From: Lama guanicoe
Lineage: Eukaryota
DNA: 64,000 bases
Direction of reading: 5' to 3'
Assembly: GCA_013239625.1 (NCBI GenBank)
Contig: MU057073.1
Span: 3,266,022 to 3,330,021 of the forward strand
How positions within the stretch are numbered: the first letter of the stretch is position 1; each line of letters begins with the position of its first letter. The notes beneath the pieces are model-generated. The model was not told where the DNA came from, made no database searches, and was given only the letters and a program-made list of their open reading frames with translations. The position numbers were made by a program, and so were the translations under genes. Positions 61,255 to 64,000 of the stretch are shown here, piece after piece.

Positions 61255-61345
61255 CCCACTAAGCCTCCACAGCTGGGCAGAGTGGAGGGGCCTCCCCCAG
61301 CACCTGCCCTCCTCGGGGCCTCAGTTCCCCCATCTGAACGACACC
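61255..61345 (+). mobile_element. MIR fragment
   Basis: CTCGGGGCCTCAGTTCCCCCATCTG. Confidence 0.55.
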
Positions 61346-61369
61346 AGCGTGGACCCACTGCCCTCCCTC

Positions 61370-61900
61370 TGACTGTCTTTCTCCACATGTTTTCTTAGTT
61401 TTGCTTTTGGATTTGGTCAGCAAATGGTTCCCGATCGTCCTTCTGTTTTGAGAAGCCTTCTTTCCCTGGTATGCAATTTTCAAGTTTCTCCCTTCCATCA
61501 TACTTTTTTTTTTTTCAAATGATAGTCTTTCAGAGTAGCCTTCTATTTTTACTTTTCTTTGGCAAGATAATTTCTTAGCCCTTTTCTCATCATCCACATC
61601 AATTTCCTTTGTTAATTTCCAAGCCTCTCTTTTCAGCAGGGGCCTCACCTCTTAGTACTTAATTGATTTCTTCTATCACATAATTCCATGGTTTCATCAA
61701 TAAGCAATTTTAGAAACACTGTCAATTTCTATTTTTTATACCATTTGATCTGCCCAGAGGTGAGGAGTCGGATTAGGTATAAGATGAGCTTTCATTATCT
61801 CGCTGATGTCAATTTCCCCCTGGCCCCTTTCACTGGGGCAGAGCGGTCTTTGCGGCTCTCTGTGCTCTCTTGTAATTACTCTCCATTTTATTCACTCTCC
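61370..61900 (-). mobile_element. Very old L1 ORF2 fragment
   Basis: T-rich antisense L1-like text: GGTTTCATCAATAAG...CCATTTGATCTG...GGTATAAGATGAG...TTTCCCCCTGGCCCCTTT. Confidence 0.45.
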
Positions 61901-62452
61901 TGACTTCAATCCTGTGGGTTAAGAGTATAAATTAACACATGTTCCCCATTTCAAATGTTATTTTAACATTCAGGGATTCTATACACAGATTCATACTCTC
62001 CCAGCCTACAATCCCCTCTAAACCTGGACCAGGCTAGCGGGATGATTTCAGTTACATCAGGAGGGATTTTTTTTCTGTGCCTAGCTCCGATGATGCCCTT
62101 TGCCTATTGAACGCTTTTCTCAGTGCTGCTTCCCTGCATCAGATCCAGAAGTGCTGACTTTGCATGAGAGGCGGTGGAGTCAGGAATCAACAGGGGCAAG
62201 GAGGGGACTGACTCTGGTGGGCATAGCAGGGCCTGGGGAACTGTCGCTTAACCCAGTCAACACCAGCCTCTTGGTGCCTGCTGTTAGCAGACAGGATTTC
62301 AACACGGCCGAGACACTGCAGATCCCTGTTAGACATTTTACCACCTTGAAGAGAAATCTGTCAAAAGCATTCCAGACTGCTTTCAGTGTGTATCGACCGC
62401 CCCGCCTCTGCCTCTCTGGAGAGGTGTTAGTTACCGACCGAGCCCGCTGAAC

Positions 62453-63301
62453 TGTGAGCGGGGCTGACGTACCTACAACCTGCCCCGTGACCCCACCTGC
62501 CCCGAGCCGCCAGGTGCGTGGGAACCGCCGTTCCGAAGATAGTAGCTGCTGCCGCGGGTGGGATGGGGGTGTGTTCTGACCCTCCTGTCTGCTCCCGAGC
62601 CACCGGGAGCCACCCAGAGAAGCTACAGCCCTGCTCTTGCCAGACCCCCAACGGTCTGCCTCTCCCTGAGGGTGGGCAGGGCGCCCGCAGCCCCTGGCCA
62701 CCTCCCTCCGATGCCCTCACAGTCACCCCTGATGTCCCAGACCTGACAGCAGCTTCTTTCGGCCTGCCTTTCTCTGACGGTAAAAGACATTTTCACACAC
62801 TGAGGTCGGGGCAAGTCACTCTGGCTCACACGTGAGTTGACTTGAATTTGATGCTAGAACAGCCCGTTTGTGGCCCAAACATACATTGTCCATCTGCTTT
62901 AATTATTAAAGGAAAGTTTACATTAACCAGAAGTAAAGAATGTCCTTGTTCAATAAAGATGAAATTTTGCCCCTTTTCCTGGGACACCAATGCTGGTCCT
63001 CCTTCGATGATCAGACTCCCTTCCAGGGCCCAAGGTCATATTATATTTGCTGTACATATAGGTGCTGGTCTGGTTTTCTTTCTTTTTTTCTTTTCCGAAA
63101 CCTTGAAGAAATGTGTCCCTGACTTGATTCATGTTCTTCAATTCTGACAAGATATAAAACTGTGCTGAAAACCCTGCTTCTCCAAAGCAGTTTCTCAGAG
63201 TCATCTAGGAAGCGGGTTTCTGGGCCGGTCCTCCATTTGGGGCAAATAAGACTCTTTCCTAGTCTCCTTATTGATTGTTTATTCGTTATTTTCATTGAAC
63301 A
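62453..63301 (+). mobile_element. ERV1-type solo LTR (~850 bp, MER34/MER39-like 3' end) with candidate TSD GAAC
   Basis: GAAC|TG...CA|GAAC (62449-62452 and 63302-63305); TATAAAA 63153-63159; degenerate polyA signal AAATAAG ~63244; U5-like TTTTCATTGAACA end. The 5' boundary is inferred from the TSD. Confidence 0.7.
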
Positions 63302-63504
63302 GAACTGTTTTGCCAGATGAGCCATCCATCTGCGCTCAGTCACCTGCAGCCAGGCACCCCATCCTTCCCTTGAGGAGGCTGGTGCGCATGTGCCAGTGAC
63401 CTCACCAGGGGTCCCTGCAGACGGGTTCTTAGGGAAAGCATCCAACAGGTCTCAGTACCGGAAACATGTGCTGCCCCTGCCCATGTCTTCCCCTAGCCTC
63501 TCCT

Positions 63505-63960
63505 TCCTCATTCACTTCTCATTTTGCTCATTCATTCATTCATTCGGCCTCAGGCTGGTCCCGTGCAAAGGGCCAGGATCATAGCAATGACCAAGCAAGA
63601 CGGTGCTCAGGGAGGTTACAATCTAGCAACACTTAAGAGTCAACAAGTAAATCAGCAAGAACATTTCAAATCAGTGACAAGCGCTGGGACAAAATAAAAC
63701 AGGAACACGGGAGAGAAACTGACATGGACAGGGGCTGCTTTACAGCAGTGGATAAGTGTGGCCAGGGGAGATCTCTTTGAAGAGGTGACATTTTAGCTGA
63801 GAGCTGACAATGAGAAGGAGCCAGCTGTGGCACTGGGATGGCAAATCCTCATTCCCAGAAAGACCTAAGATGTTTTGGGAATAGCAAGGAGGTTGTGTAA
63901 CTGGAGCCAAGGAGAGAAGAGGACAGAGGTCTCAGCAGAGACCTTGCAGGCATTGCCACT
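63505..63960 (-). mobile_element. L2a-like 3' end
   Basis: TCATTCATTCATTCATTC...GGAGGTTACAATCTAG...GAAGAGGTGACATTTTAGCTGAGA...GAGAAGGAGCCAGC. Confidence 0.88.
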
Positions 63961-64000
63961 TCCTGTGTATTTTCGGTAACCTTGTGCACACCCTTCCTGA

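Noticed and set aside
1-64000. CRISPR array, operon or other prokaryotic/novel system; active L1; locus identity
   Set aside because: No regularly spaced repeat-spacer structure or gene-dense coding DNA. All L1 ORFs are broken. No exon allows the neighbouring gene to be named.

Overview
This is mammalian genomic DNA, very probably camelid. The evidence is a tRNA-Ala-like Vic-1-type SINE head at 51321-51382, cetartiodactyl-type L1 3' ends, and no BovB, Alu or B1 elements seen. I find no credible protein-coding exon, RNA gene, CRISPR array or prokaryotic system. The supplied ORFs are chance frames in GC-rich DNA or frames through repeats. The window has two regimes. From about 2-30 kb, 38-43 kb and 55-64 kb it is GC-rich unique sequence carrying ancient MIR, L2, L3, L4, MLT1 and MER fossils plus several candidate cis-regulatory elements (homeodomain-motif clusters and small CpG islands). 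From about 30-38 kb and 43-55 kb it is stacked, mostly + strand, dead L1 fragments. The best-supported observations are: a four-fold TAATGAG homeodomain cluster at 4.8-5.0 kb; other enhancer-like blocks; two apparently complete ERV1-type solo LTRs with 4-bp target-site duplications (TSDs); a 44-nt near-perfect hairpin at the end of an L3 fossil; several templated or snap-back insertion scars inside old repeats; and local AT-to-GC-shifted L1 segments. I found no convincing previously undescribed biological system. Repeat subfamily names are recognised from memory and need Dfam/RepeatMasker confirmation. Most boundaries are approximate.
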